From a virus (lineage: Duplodnaviria; Caudoviricetes): a stretch of 64,000 bases of DNA. Of this stretch, positions 29,556 to 39,504 are shown in pieces. A program made the position numbers and the translations under genes. The stretch is from positions 32,001 to 96,000 of the IMG/VR virus record IMGVR_UViG_3300010163_000010, one strand, 5' to 3'. Under the pieces are notes generated by a model. That model saw only the letters and a program-made list of their open reading frames with translations. It was not told where the DNA came from and did no database searches. Each line of letters opens with the position of its first letter. The first letter of the stretch is position 1.

Positions 29556-30905
29556 TTAGGGGCTTGATTGCTCTTGCTTGAGTATGATAAACTGAATCTT
29601 ATCACCAGAATTCAGCACGATGTTATTCTTGAGTATCACATCGTTATTGCTAACGGTGTAATCGATACTCGGACGCAGCATCGTCTGACCATAGTTGACG
29701 ATAATCTTATCGATACCACCATTGAACCCAGTGATATTCGAAATCTCAGTAACGTTATCATCGATAATCTCCATATTCTGGACAATCGAGATGATATTGC
29801 CGGGCTTCTTATCCAACCGGTCAATCAACGGATCATACTTGTTTTCGATCGCCGTGACCGCCGTATTAACGGCATTATCGGTGTAAGATTTAAGCGCAGC
29901 CTCAAGATCATCGGCATTGTTTTGAATCTTCTCATCGATATAGTCACGAAGTTCTATGATTTCACGAGTTGCCTCTTCACGGAACATTCTCAGGCGTTCA
30001 GACAGCATAGAAACCGTTGTTTGCAGGGCCGAATCCGTGGATCGCAGTAGTACCCAATTGCTGTTCTGTTTGTCATATACAAGCATTATAATGTTGTTTG
30101 GGGCTATTGTGATGGCCAGGGGCTCGCCACTTGTATCGACAATGGGCATATATTCTCCATTATTGTATGAGAGTTTTGCCCCGGGAAACAGCGGATTGGT
30201 TACTCGTACGGTGATGACAGAAAGATCAGGAAGATCTCCGGTGTAGGGTTTGTGCCGAATATCAGCCATCAGCCCGCCATTGATTGTCTCGGCAAAGATG
30301 CCGTGTCCGCTGATGTCTGCCCAACCTTCAAACATTTGCTTAATATAGTTGTATCTGCCTTCATAAGCAGCACATGCGTTGTTGTCATAATAACGGATAA
30401 ATACATGGCCTTCATCGGACTTATATGCGACACATATGCCGTTATCTGACGGCCAGTTCAGTTGCTCATAGTTCTCATATGTAACTGGGGCAAATAGTAT
30501 GGCCGGATGATGCATTTGCCGAAGTACCGTGTCGGGTGTAAAGTTTATTCCAACATCATCGAGTTGTGTTAATCGACTGTAGATAGTTACGCCATCGACA
30601 GTATCGGCATTGAGAATATCCTTACTGTAGTTATACTTATTGAGTATGGGTTGAAGATATTTGAGGCTGTTCGGTGAAAACAGCTCTCCTGTATGGGGAT
30701 TACGTATAACAAGTGTGCCGTCCTTGTAGTTGATTCCAAGCTCTCCTGGAGCGAGTTTCTGTCCATCAGCCTCGCTCATCACCTCCGGCAATATGATCCG
30801 AAAGATATCAGATAAGAGTTGGCACTGCCACGCAGACAGCGTGGTATTAACAGGATCACGCGTCATAACAGCTCTTACCTCCTTTTTATAAGGTTGTTTC
30901 GACAT
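29556..30905 (-). CDS. Tail fibre/baseplate attachment protein
   Basis: N-terminal LAPGELGINYKDG fibre-attachment-like motif, coiled coil, C-terminal VNYGQT..R..DY domain. Confidence 0.6.
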   Translation of the reverse strand: MSKQPYKKEVRAVMTRDPVNTTLSAWQCQLLSDIFRIILPEVMSEADGQKLAPGELGINYKDGTLVIRNPHTGELFSPNSLKYLQPILNKYNYSKDILNADTVDGVTIYSRLTQLDDVGINFTPDTVLRQMHHPAILFAPVTYENYEQLNWPSDNGICVAYKSDEGHVFIRYYDNNACAAYEGRYNYIKQMFEGWADISGHGIFAETINGGLMADIRHKPYTGDLPDLSVITVRVTNPLFPGAKLSYNNGEYMPIVDTSGEPLAITIAPNNIIMLVYDKQNSNWVLLRSTDSALQTTVSMLSERLRMFREEATREIIELRDYIDEKIQNNADDLEAALKSYTDNAVNTAVTAIENKYDPLIDRLDKKPGNIISIVQNMEIIDDNVTEISNITGFNGGIDKIIVNYGQTMLRPSIDYTVSNNDVILKNNIVLNSGDKIQFIILKQEQSSP

Positions 30906-30911
30906 AATAGA

Positions 30912-30934
30912 AGGGGAGGGAATCGTCCCTCCCC
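30912..30934 (-). terminator. Intergenic hairpin (terminator or processing site)
   Basis: GGGGAGGGA/TCCCTCCCC stem. Confidence 0.5.
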
Positions 30935-30938
30935 AAGT

Positions 30939-33900
30939 CTATTCGTCTTCGTAGTTTGCGTCAATAGCGTACGGTGCATTCCCGTGATGAATGAGTCCAG
31001 GAATGACAACCTTAGCGTCTCGTTCGTTTATGCCGACAAGATCGGTATCGGCAATATCATGGAACTTACGCTTGAAATCCTTGACCCATTCTTCAGCTTC
31101 ATGCTTGTTCTGCTCAAGGTAATCAAGCATTGCTTTCAATCTGCCGTTGAAGATATACTCTTCTAGCAGAACGTCATAGTAACCACGCATGGTATACTCT
31201 GTGATATGAATGGGTATCATTCGTGCATAGTTTCGATTCGGCCGCTGGATACTCTCGGATGTATCAGGTTCATTCCAGTATGCGATGCAAGCTTTCTTAG
31301 CCTTGCTCAGCCATTCATCTTTCTTGCTGTAGAAGATATCAACGCAGCGAATGATTTCTTTGAAATCAAGCAGCAGAATCTTTCCGGCTGTAATTTCCTG
31401 GTATTTATCCCTGGATACATAGTGACCATTGACGAACAGCATCATCCGATTCTGAATGAAAGCTACTTCTCTGAGACTGTAGTCTATGACCATTCGATAT
31501 GCGGATTCACGTTCACGCACATCAGTGTCAGGAGATTCATAATCGATATGAAGCCTCCCGATATTGCTTGAGAACATTACAGAGAAATCGGTGGTGTCTA
31601 TCAATGCCGTAGAGATCACATGAGAACGTCCTGTATACAGACGCTCGAGTCTTAGGTCAAATCGATCAGGCCCGGTGACCAGACGTTTGTAAAAGACATT
31701 TACGTTCTCCTGTTTGATTGCCCCGGAGTTCAAGAGGTCCGCAACAATGCTGATGTATCGAATACCGAGTTTCCCTCTGAAGTTCATTACAACATCGTCG
31801 AACAGGAATGCTGTAACGTTATCATGATCGAACTGAACGTGTATGAGTCGCTCATTGACTCGGATAATGATAGATTCTGTATCAGAGTAGCAAATCTTAT
31901 CATCGATGTCATCCAGGAACTCAAACCACACATCATTCTCTTCAGGGGCCTCTGCATCGAAACTTTCTCCCATGTGAATCTTGTGCAGCTTATTGTCTGT
32001 TCGCGGCTTAAACAGTTCAACATCGCTCGCGGTTCCATGAGCTCCATAGTCGAATACTACTGTAGCATTTTTGCCATCAAAGAATCCTTTGGGCATATAA
32101 TAGTAAGCTTCTGTCAGCGGGTGACTGATGATCTCCTGGATGTAGTCAGGCAAGGTCAGTGCTGGGATATCAATCCACAAATCTCCTACATTCATCGGGT
32201 CGGGTTCAAACTCGGAGTAAATGTATGTGAGATTGTGTTTCTCCGCACGACTGATGAGGACATTGCTGGCATTCTCTGGCACAGCTAACCAGTAGTCACC
32301 GATGTCAACATCGAACGGTTCGTCATCAGACATGATATACTTGATCGGTTTGGATCTCTTAGTGGGATCAGTGGATCCTTGCCGCATTTCGGTATTTTTA
32401 TTGTAGATGTAGGCTGTGAGAAGTACTTTATAGACAGCCATATTCAGGCTCTGCTCGTTCATCTGATCAAGATAGTTGTTCCACAGATCTACAACTTGCC
32501 TGCGATACATGGAATCAGGATCATCAATGTAGCTGGTAATCAGCTCTTTCTTTTGTTTGACCGTTAGAGCTGCGATCTCCGCTCCGGTAATGGTGATGCC
32601 AGTCTCTTCATCCATATAGGAGATATTGCTAAGAGAGTATTCTTCCTCGACATCAACTCGATCAATACCATCGAGAAGTTCATTGATAACATCATCCATA
32701 TCCGGATTATCTTCGCCGGTATCTGCGATAATATCTCCAACGGCAGGATCGGCTGACATGGGTCCGCTATGGACTTCGTACTCATCGATAACCTCTGTAG
32801 TATCCATCTCTGGATTTTCAATGGCCGAATCATTCATCTGTGGATTATCAGGCAGTTTGCCATAATCGATCTGGTGATAAACTTTAACAGCCGGATCATC
32901 CACTCCATCTCCAGACTGAATGACCAGATACTTCTGATGATGCTTGCTGAGTTTGTAGTATGTGAACAGCAGGTCTGTATATCTTTCCGGACCTTCATCG
33001 GGTTTTAAACCAAGAGAGTACATACCTTCTTTGAGATCTTCGGGAAGATTATACGGGTCAAGACCAAATGACTCGATAACTTCGATCGTGTCCTGATTGA
33101 ATACTTCAGGGACAACGTTGACCAGTAACTCGTACCACATATTCGTATCGTGTTCATTCGGAGGAGCGGTTGATACACGTACGAATTGATCTTCATTGTA
33201 ATCATATACCTTACCACGAAGAATCAAAAGATTTCGATAGAATCGATTCATCTTAATATGGAGTCTGGCCAAGTTCTCTTCATCGATATATTCACCGAGG
33301 TTTGTGATCTGTGTATCTTGTTCAGCGTTGAATTTGATCAGAGTCAGTCCATCGATGTCAATCTCCGGGTCGAGTATTACATACCGGAGAATCCCGATCT
33401 TATCCTCAATGTATTCAGTATGCTTATCAAATAGCCTCATGACTTCATAGTCGCTGTAGATCATTCCATTATAGAAGAGTATGTCTCTATGTGACTCAAA
33501 CGGTACGAGACTGACAATACCATAGACTGCGTTTCCATCGATTCTGTAGATGTTTGTCTTAATGAATGTAGGTTTACCAAAGATATGGTTATCACACATC
33601 AGAAAGTCTGATTGTTCATTGCAGAAGAACGGGAATTTTTCCCAAGCTCTATAGCAGTATGCGGCTATACGACTGAACTTATCCAGAATAGTCACATCAT
33701 CATCTGCAGCACGGATTTCTTCATCGATCGGTTTCAGATTGTTTAAATATTCGTTGTCTGTATTGTATGGATCTTCAATGTAATCAAATTCCGGATATGT
33801 GACTAGTCGAGATACTTCGGGCATTGGGACATAGGAACTATCATCGGTGAATACACGAACGATGCAATCCTTATCCGCAGTAATGCACGGATAGAACATT

Positions 33901-34604
33901 GTATTCACATTGATATCATCGGCTCCATTGTTTATTATCATTCTGTGATAACAGTATTTACTGTACATGGAATCAATATATGTTCCAACGCCAGCTTTGA
34001 TCTCAAAGATACCCAGTAATGAACCACTGAAGATTAAATCTATCGATCGTTTATAGGTGCAGCTGAATTCCAGTGTGTCTGCATCGATCCGTTTTACCTC
34101 GGGGATCTTAAGTACCCCATCGGCAATATAGTAAGCGGAATGTTCCGGGTGCGACATATCACAGTACGGATGCGCTCTAAGGTTTATCCGTTCAATGTGA
34201 GTATGCGTTGTGCCGGCAGTTTCTGCGTCTGGATCAACAGCACTGTATCTCTTAGCGATATTGTCGATAAAGATCAGTTTGACATCTTGTGTTTCGAAGT
34301 ACTGCTTGGGCAAAATGCCGTACAGATGCACCCAGCCTTCGATCCAGGTGATATCTTCCGGGTTGACATACTCGTCATCTACCCAGACCTCGAAGAGCCC
34401 TTTATCGCCGATATCAGTCATAAAGTGCGGATTAAGATATCCAATACGATCGATATCATTGTAAAGAACCTTGCAGTGCTTTATTTTGCGTTCTTTGATT
34501 ACATTCCAGGTAGAGCGAATACGATAATCTTCCGTAGAGAGGAGACCCATCTCACTGAGCGTATTGTAGAACTCGCTGTTTCGTTTTATCTCAGAGATAA
34601 TCAC
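30939..34604 (-). CDS. Large probable virion structural protein
   Basis: 1221 aa in the tail operon; repeated S..EP.....GD.W-type motifs. Confidence 0.6.
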   Translation of the reverse strand: MIISEIKRNSEFYNTLSEMGLLSTEDYRIRSTWNVIKERKIKHCKVLYNDIDRIGYLNPHFMTDIGDKGLFEVWVDDEYVNPEDITWIEGWVHLYGILPKQYFETQDVKLIFIDNIAKRYSAVDPDAETAGTTHTHIERINLRAHPYCDMSHPEHSAYYIADGVLKIPEVKRIDADTLEFSCTYKRSIDLIFSGSLLGIFEIKAGVGTYIDSMYSKYCYHRMIINNGADDINVNTMFYPCITADKDCIVRVFTDDSSYVPMPEVSRLVTYPEFDYIEDPYNTDNEYLNNLKPIDEEIRAADDDVTILDKFSRIAAYCYRAWEKFPFFCNEQSDFLMCDNHIFGKPTFIKTNIYRIDGNAVYGIVSLVPFESHRDILFYNGMIYSDYEVMRLFDKHTEYIEDKIGILRYVILDPEIDIDGLTLIKFNAEQDTQITNLGEYIDEENLARLHIKMNRFYRNLLILRGKVYDYNEDQFVRVSTAPPNEHDTNMWYELLVNVVPEVFNQDTIEVIESFGLDPYNLPEDLKEGMYSLGLKPDEGPERYTDLLFTYYKLSKHHQKYLVIQSGDGVDDPAVKVYHQIDYGKLPDNPQMNDSAIENPEMDTTEVIDEYEVHSGPMSADPAVGDIIADTGEDNPDMDDVINELLDGIDRVDVEEEYSLSNISYMDEETGITITGAEIAALTVKQKKELITSYIDDPDSMYRRQVVDLWNNYLDQMNEQSLNMAVYKVLLTAYIYNKNTEMRQGSTDPTKRSKPIKYIMSDDEPFDVDIGDYWLAVPENASNVLISRAEKHNLTYIYSEFEPDPMNVGDLWIDIPALTLPDYIQEIISHPLTEAYYYMPKGFFDGKNATVVFDYGAHGTASDVELFKPRTDNKLHKIHMGESFDAEAPEENDVWFEFLDDIDDKICYSDTESIIIRVNERLIHVQFDHDNVTAFLFDDVVMNFRGKLGIRYISIVADLLNSGAIKQENVNVFYKRLVTGPDRFDLRLERLYTGRSHVISTALIDTTDFSVMFSSNIGRLHIDYESPDTDVRERESAYRMVIDYSLREVAFIQNRMMLFVNGHYVSRDKYQEITAGKILLLDFKEIIRCVDIFYSKKDEWLSKAKKACIAYWNEPDTSESIQRPNRNYARMIPIHITEYTMRGYYDVLLEEYIFNGRLKAMLDYLEQNKHEAEEWVKDFKRKFHDIADTDLVGINERDAKVVIPGLIHHGNAPYAIDANYEDE

Positions 34605-34634
34605 TGACAGTTCATCTCCTTTCTTAAAAAGTAA

Positions 34635-34660
34635 GTGGGAGGGAGCAGCCTCCCTCCCAC
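34635..34660 (-). terminator. Intrinsic terminator
   Basis: GTGGGAGGGAG/CTCCCTCCCAC stem with T-rich tail on the minus strand. Confidence 0.65.
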
Positions 34661-34666
34661 CGTAAT

Positions 34667-35731
34667 TCAGGACAACATCAGCTGCATGCGCTTATACATG
34701 TCGGCGCCTTTATTCTTCTCCATAACAGGCTCAAGAGCCATACGGGAAATCAGAGGTGACTCAAAGAGCACCATGCAAATCGTATACAGATGATACCCGG
34801 GATAGTCTATTCCCATGGTAGTAGCCGGGCCGTACAGCCTGATCCACTTATCATAGACGATGCCATCGTCAAGACCCCTCATAGAGGGGTACATGTTTTT
34901 CAGTTCGGTGATGAATAACGACATCCGGTCAAAGCTGTCCAGATGGAACTGGGCATCCATACCCTCGGTGATCATCTTGGACAACTTCGGGAAGTATGTA
35001 TTCTTGAACCGCTGCAGGAACATTTTCTGGCCAACATCGGTTCCGTACATCTGAATCAGCTCGAACTCTGAGGCTAAGTATCGAACCTTATCCTTCATGA
35101 TCGGATCCATGTGTGCAACGCTGTTGATGGCCCGCTCGAGCATATTCGCATAAACCAGAACCATACCATCACCGAAGTCAGCCGGAACCTGAGAGCTGCT
35201 GCGTGTAATTACTAGAGCCAATGCTGCGGCGAATATAACTGCCATAATGGCATTGTAATTTCGGGCAAGAGGAACCTGGTATTTGCCGTATTGATCCAGG
35301 ATAAAGAAGTCAGAGACGTTTACAAATACCCGGGCACTGGAACCGCTTCCTTGGATAATATAAGGAATGCAGGTCGGAAGTTTGTATGTCTCGCTGTATA
35401 CCGGGATGATGCTCCCATTGAGGATAAGCTCCTTGAGCTGCTTTTTGCAGGAGATCTTGTACCTGGGACCCTCGAAGAGTTCGTACATAACCGTTGGGTC
35501 AAGCTGAGACAATTCGATCTGCATGAATCCCTGATCAGGCAAGACCATGAGCGGAATTACATCGATCAGCCTCCGACCGTTGATCATGGTATTTTTGTTG
35601 GCGTATTCGAAGACCTCTGACTCGCCAAGCCGGTAGAAGATTCGGCGTTCGGCGACGGATTCGCCAAGCATAAAGGCCTCTTCTGTATCCGGATATGTTA
35701 TGGAAGGCAGGAAAGTGGTACCCTTGATCAT
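34667..35731 (-). CDS. Hypothetical protein, probably virion-associated
   Basis: Long ORF; start placed at MIKG after the AAAGGAGA RBS; late-type promoter upstream. Confidence 0.75.
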   Translation of the reverse strand: MIKGTTFLPSITYPDTEEAFMLGESVAERRIFYRLGESEVFEYANKNTMINGRRLIDVIPLMVLPDQGFMQIELSQLDPTVMYELFEGPRYKISCKKQLKELILNGSIIPVYSETYKLPTCIPYIIQGSGSSARVFVNVSDFFILDQYGKYQVPLARNYNAIMAVIFAAALALVITRSSSQVPADFGDGMVLVYANMLERAINSVAHMDPIMKDKVRYLASEFELIQMYGTDVGQKMFLQRFKNTYFPKLSKMITEGMDAQFHLDSFDRMSLFITELKNMYPSMRGLDDGIVYDKWIRLYGPATTMGIDYPGYHLYTICMVLFESPLISRMALEPVMEKNKGADMYKRMQLMLS

Positions 35732-35762
35732 TCTGATTCTCCTTTCCATTCTCATATTGATC

Positions 35763-35815
35763 TATAGACATGTTTCGGGATATTAATTTATGATATTACG
35801 AGAGACATTTGGATA
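35763..35815. promoter_or_regulatory. Divergent pair of RACA-N6-TA motifs
   Basis: AACATGTCTATA (minus, 35763-35774) and GACATTTGGATA (plus, 35804-35815). Confidence 0.55.
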
Positions 35816-35840
35816 TAGGAATGCGAGGTGATTACTCTCC

Positions 35841-36551
35841 ATGGCTACGGATAATAAGAATAAGGTATACATAAACAAGGACGGCAAAAAGGTCTTGCGG
35901 GTGACTGAGGTCATTCAGTCTCTGGCCAAAGATCAGATTCCGTACTGGGCGAATATGCTTGGGTTCAAGCATATCGACTACAAGAAGGAGCTTGAACGCT
36001 GCGGTAACGTTGGGACTATGGTCCACGTTATGATCGAAAAGTTCATGAAGTCTGGTGAGCTTCCGGCTGATATGGATTACAACCACTATGGGGTTCGTGA
36101 CGGCAAGTCTCGGCATGAGGTGGACAATGCCCTTCAGTCGTTTCTTTCCTGGTACGAGGATAACAGCGGCTGGTATCGCGTGAAGTTTAGCGAGAAGCAG
36201 ATCATCGGTCAGAAGATGGGCGGTACGATTGACTGTGGGATACATGGAATCATCGACCCTAAGAAGGTAATCTTTGTGGACTATAAGACCAGTCCTGATT
36301 ATTACCTCACACAGTTTCTTCAGTTGAGTGGCTACGTCAGAATCTTTGAGGAGCTCTATGGGCCTGATAAGGTTGAAGGTGTTATGGTCATATTGGCTGA
36401 CAAGAAGGAAGGCAAGAAAGCCAGAGCCAAGATCATACCTCGGGAAAAGCTGGATATGCTGATGATCTGCTTTGACTGCCTGTATAATACCGCACTGACC
36501 ACCAAGATGCTCAATAAGACTTGGAAGAAGCTTTCGGAGGATATCAAATAA
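35841..36551 (+). CDS. PD-(D/E)XK (RecB/Cas4-like) exonuclease
   Basis: RVTEVI, GTMVH..IE, SE, GGTIDC, VDYKTS, QLSGY motifs. Confidence 0.85.
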   Translation: MATDNKNKVYINKDGKKVLRVTEVIQSLAKDQIPYWANMLGFKHIDYKKELERCGNVGTMVHVMIEKFMKSGELPADMDYNHYGVRDGKSRHEVDNALQSFLSWYEDNSGWYRVKFSEKQIIGQKMGGTIDCGIHGIIDPKKVIFVDYKTSPDYYLTQFLQLSGYVRIFEELYGPDKVEGVMVILADKKEGKKARAKIIPREKLDMLMICFDCLYNTALTTKMLNKTWKKLSEDIK

Positions 36552-37219
36552 TGGAATACGCAATAGGGCCGTTGGCTAAAAAGCCTTTTGAGATTATCGG
36601 GAGAATCCGGCTTCCTATGATCTCGTGGAATCCTGTGCCCGCAGGAGATACGAACAAGATGATCATCTCGGAACAGGCGCATGACATCTTTTACGGTGAG
36701 TTGTCCGCGTCTAAGATTCCGCAGATTATCCCTAATGAGTCCGCGTTTTATCTGGAGCTCTATAACGGGCTCAAGCCTGGGGAGGGCGCGGTTATCTCCA
36801 GTAAGATTCTGTTGGTTACTTCGGTAGAATCATACAAGGTGATTCCCACTGATCCTGATAATCCGATGATAAACCTGACGTTCAGGTATAAGGTTATTGA
36901 GATGAATTCAAAATCCACGGATATACCAGTTGTGGAATCTGTTATCTCACATATTATCATCCCTACGGACACTACTTGTGTTCTGTTCATCGAGGGGGAT
37001 AAGATACCTAACGCAAAACTTGCTCGGGCATTTAATGTTTTCAGGCATGGCGATAAGATCTATCACGCTAAGCGCAGTATGCACGTCGTCAATAGTGCAT
37101 CGGATGTACTTAACTGTACCGTTGTGGTTGGTTCTACTGATGAGTTGGCAGATAGTGCCGATCTTCCGTCGGATGATTGGCTCTATTATATTGCACAAAA
37201 GTTATATGGCGGAGTATGA
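36551..37219 (+). CDS. Hypothetical protein
   Basis: ATG 36551 overlaps the upstream stop; GGAGG RBS. Confidence 0.75.
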   Translation: MEYAIGPLAKKPFEIIGRIRLPMISWNPVPAGDTNKMIISEQAHDIFYGELSASKIPQIIPNESAFYLELYNGLKPGEGAVISSKILLVTSVESYKVIPTDPDNPMINLTFRYKVIEMNSKSTDIPVVESVISHIIIPTDTTCVLFIEGDKIPNAKLARAFNVFRHGDKIYHAKRSMHVVNSASDVLNCTVVVGSTDELADSADLPSDDWLYYIAQKLYGGV

Positions 37220-37231
37220 GGAGGTACACCA

Positions 37232-38182
37232 ATGAGTTATGCTGATAGGGCGTTCGTTTATATCTGCAAGAAGATTCTCGAACACGGCATCAGTGATGAG
37301 AATTTTGAAGTGAGACCGAAGTGGGCCGATGGAACTCCGGCTCACACTCTTTACACCTGCAACGTCGTCACGAACTATGATCTGAGCGGCGGTATTCCGG
37401 TGATGACGTTGCGTAAGCAGAATTACAAGAATGCCATCGACGAGATTCTGTGGATCTACCAGAAGAAGTCCAATGACGTTAGCCGGCTGCATTCGCACAT
37501 TTGGGATTCCTGGGCTGACGAAAATGGGACCATTGGCAAGGCGTATGGCTATCAGATTCGTCAGCGGTATCGGGTCGCGAAATATCCCTCTAAGCATTTC
37601 ATGAACCTTAGCGATGATCTTCTGGATATGTATCCTTCCTTGCAGCTGCGTAAGGATAGCTGGGCGTGGATGGACCAGATGGATGCGGTGCTGTGGATGC
37701 TTAAGAACGACCCCATGAACCGAGCAATCATCACTAATGTCTACAACCATGCTGATTTGGCTGATATGAACCTGAGGCCCTGTGCGTACAGTATGACCTA
37801 CACCGTTACGCAAGATAGTCAGGGCCAGCTGCACCTTAACGGGCTCCTCAATCAGCGGTCCCAGGATATGCTCACAGCTAATAACTGGAATGTGCTGCAG
37901 TATTCGGTTTTGATACATATGATTGCCCAGTGCTGCGGCATGATACCTGGAACACTTACGCATATTATCGCAAATGCCCATATCTATGACCGGCACATTC
38001 CTATCGTTGAAGACCTTATTAAACAGTATGAGGCGGATATAGTCACTAACCGCCAAATCACAAATCCCAAATTCTGGATGAATCCCGACATCAAGAACTT
38101 CTACAAATTCACCTTGGATGATTTTAGGCTAGAAGACTACACGTATCATAATTTTGATAGTCGGTTTGAGGTTGCGGTATGA
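37232..38182 (+). CDS. thyA: Thymidylate synthase
   Basis: EILWI, IWDSWAD, IGKAYGYQ, LRPCA, NQRSQD, NAHIYDRH. Confidence 0.97.
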   Translation: MSYADRAFVYICKKILEHGISDENFEVRPKWADGTPAHTLYTCNVVTNYDLSGGIPVMTLRKQNYKNAIDEILWIYQKKSNDVSRLHSHIWDSWADENGTIGKAYGYQIRQRYRVAKYPSKHFMNLSDDLLDMYPSLQLRKDSWAWMDQMDAVLWMLKNDPMNRAIITNVYNHADLADMNLRPCAYSMTYTVTQDSQGQLHLNGLLNQRSQDMLTANNWNVLQYSVLIHMIAQCCGMIPGTLTHIIANAHIYDRHIPIVEDLIKQYEADIVTNRQITNPKFWMNPDIKNFYKFTLDDFRLEDYTYHNFDSRFEVAV

Positions 38183-38781
38183 AAGCGATCGTCTGTACAA
38201 GTTGCAATTGGAAAATCGGAAATGCGGGGAAGCTGCTGTTTGACATTCCCGAGGATCGCCGTATGTTCCGGTATCACACAACCAGCATCGACTGGACGTA
38301 TACGCCTTGCTGGCATCCCCAGATGCCCATTGTCATCATGGGCCGCAAGACGTACGAGAGCCTTCCCGGCAAAAGGCCGTTGCCCAATCGGATTAATTGG
38401 ATTCTCTCCGATTCCCTCAAAGGTTCTGACCCAGAGGGGTTCAAGGTGGTCAGTTTGTCGGATATCCTGCGGCCGTGTTATGTGGAGAATCCGAACGTTT
38501 GGGTCATAGGCGGAGCGGAGGTATATCGGACATTAGCACCGTACTGCAGTCATTTCTATATCACATGCGTGAATCAGCACATTGAAGATTCTAATGCTGA
38601 TACCGCTATGTTTGATATTCATCGGAGCATTGATCCGAATGTGTCCTGCGAGATCGCCAGCAGTTCTGCCTGGTACGAATTTAAGCATAACGGTGAAAAT
38701 GTGCAATATCGGTTCGCCGTTTACCGCAACTATAAACGGATAAGGATGTATACAAGCGATGAACAAACAGTATCCCGATGA
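38179..38781 (+). CDS. folA: Dihydrofolate reductase
   Basis: IGNAGKL, PED...F..HT, IMGRKTYESLP..RPLPNR.N, WVIGGAEVY. Confidence 0.95.
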   Translation: MKAIVCTSCNWKIGNAGKLLFDIPEDRRMFRYHTTSIDWTYTPCWHPQMPIVIMGRKTYESLPGKRPLPNRINWILSDSLKGSDPEGFKVVSLSDILRPCYVENPNVWVIGGAEVYRTLAPYCSHFYITCVNQHIEDSNADTAMFDIHRSIDPNVSCEIASSSAWYEFKHNGENVQYRFAVYRNYKRIRMYTSDEQTVSR

Positions 38782-39430
38782 AGTGGTAAAGGAGACCCTT
38801 TCTCCGCAGGTTTTCCTTCTGGCTGTGGAGAATACCCTTAACCTCTCTAAGTCCGAGGGTGGTCCTAAGGATATGGTAGTTAGCAGATTCCTGTGCCACT
38901 TACTGCCGCTCTGCTATTTCCAGGGTATGTTCTCCGCTGTTGATGCGGTGGCTGCTGCGAAGAAGGAGAATGCTCGTATCGACGATCCTGAGGCTATGGC
39001 TGATAAGATTCTCGATGTGGGATACTCCAGGTATCTTTATGCGGTGAATTACTGTAAGGATGTCGAGGATGTCGATCTTGCTCCGATGGGATTTATCGAA
39101 TTCGTACATAAACTAGTCGAGTCGTTCGATAACCCATCAGTTCTTGAGGTAGCTATTGGTCATGCTATTGACCGGTTGGACAAGCATGTGCGAGAGTCGG
39201 CAAAGAAGGACATTGAGTCGGCAATGGGCAACACCTCTGATGACGTCGAACCCATAGAAATGCCTGATTTCGATACCTCTGATCCTGAGGTTCTGAAGGA
39301 GTTCTTCACGCTGTTCCAGGAGCTGGGAACGATCTACAACAGCCGAGACAAATATGAGACTGAAGAAGAGAAAAAGAAATACGACAGGTTTGTCGTCCTC
39401 TATAATACCATTTTGGGCGAGCAGCAGTAA
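38759..39430 (+). CDS. Hypothetical protein
   Basis: 223-aa helical ORF overlapping the folA end. Confidence 0.75.
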   Translation: MNKQYPDEVVKETLSPQVFLLAVENTLNLSKSEGGPKDMVVSRFLCHLLPLCYFQGMFSAVDAVAAAKKENARIDDPEAMADKILDVGYSRYLYAVNYCKDVEDVDLAPMGFIEFVHKLVESFDNPSVLEVAIGHAIDRLDKHVRESAKKDIESAMGNTSDDVEPIEMPDFDTSDPEVLKEFFTLFQELGTIYNSRDKYETEEEKKKYDRFVVLYNTILGEQQ

Positions 39431-39432
39431 CG

Positions 39433-39476
39433 TATATACTATAAGTACGAGCGGGAATAAAATCTCGCTCGTACTT
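39433..39476 (+). promoter_or_regulatory. Putative early promoter plus 5' hairpin
   Basis: TATATACTATA followed by stem AAGTACGAGCG/CGCTCGTACTT. Confidence 0.7.
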
Positions 39477-39504
39477 TATATATTACTAAAGGAGTGTGCG
39501 ATTT

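Noticed and set aside
27499-29559. 686-aa plus-strand ORF, and similar long antisense ORFs at 13674-14699, 37202-38056, 39964-40824, 49408-50073 and 63338-63952
   Set aside because: Shadows of codon-biased genes on the opposite strand; no RBS and no recognisable motifs.
35841-36551. Cas4 / CRISPR system
   Set aside because: No Fe-S cysteine set, no other cas genes and no repeat-spacer array seen.
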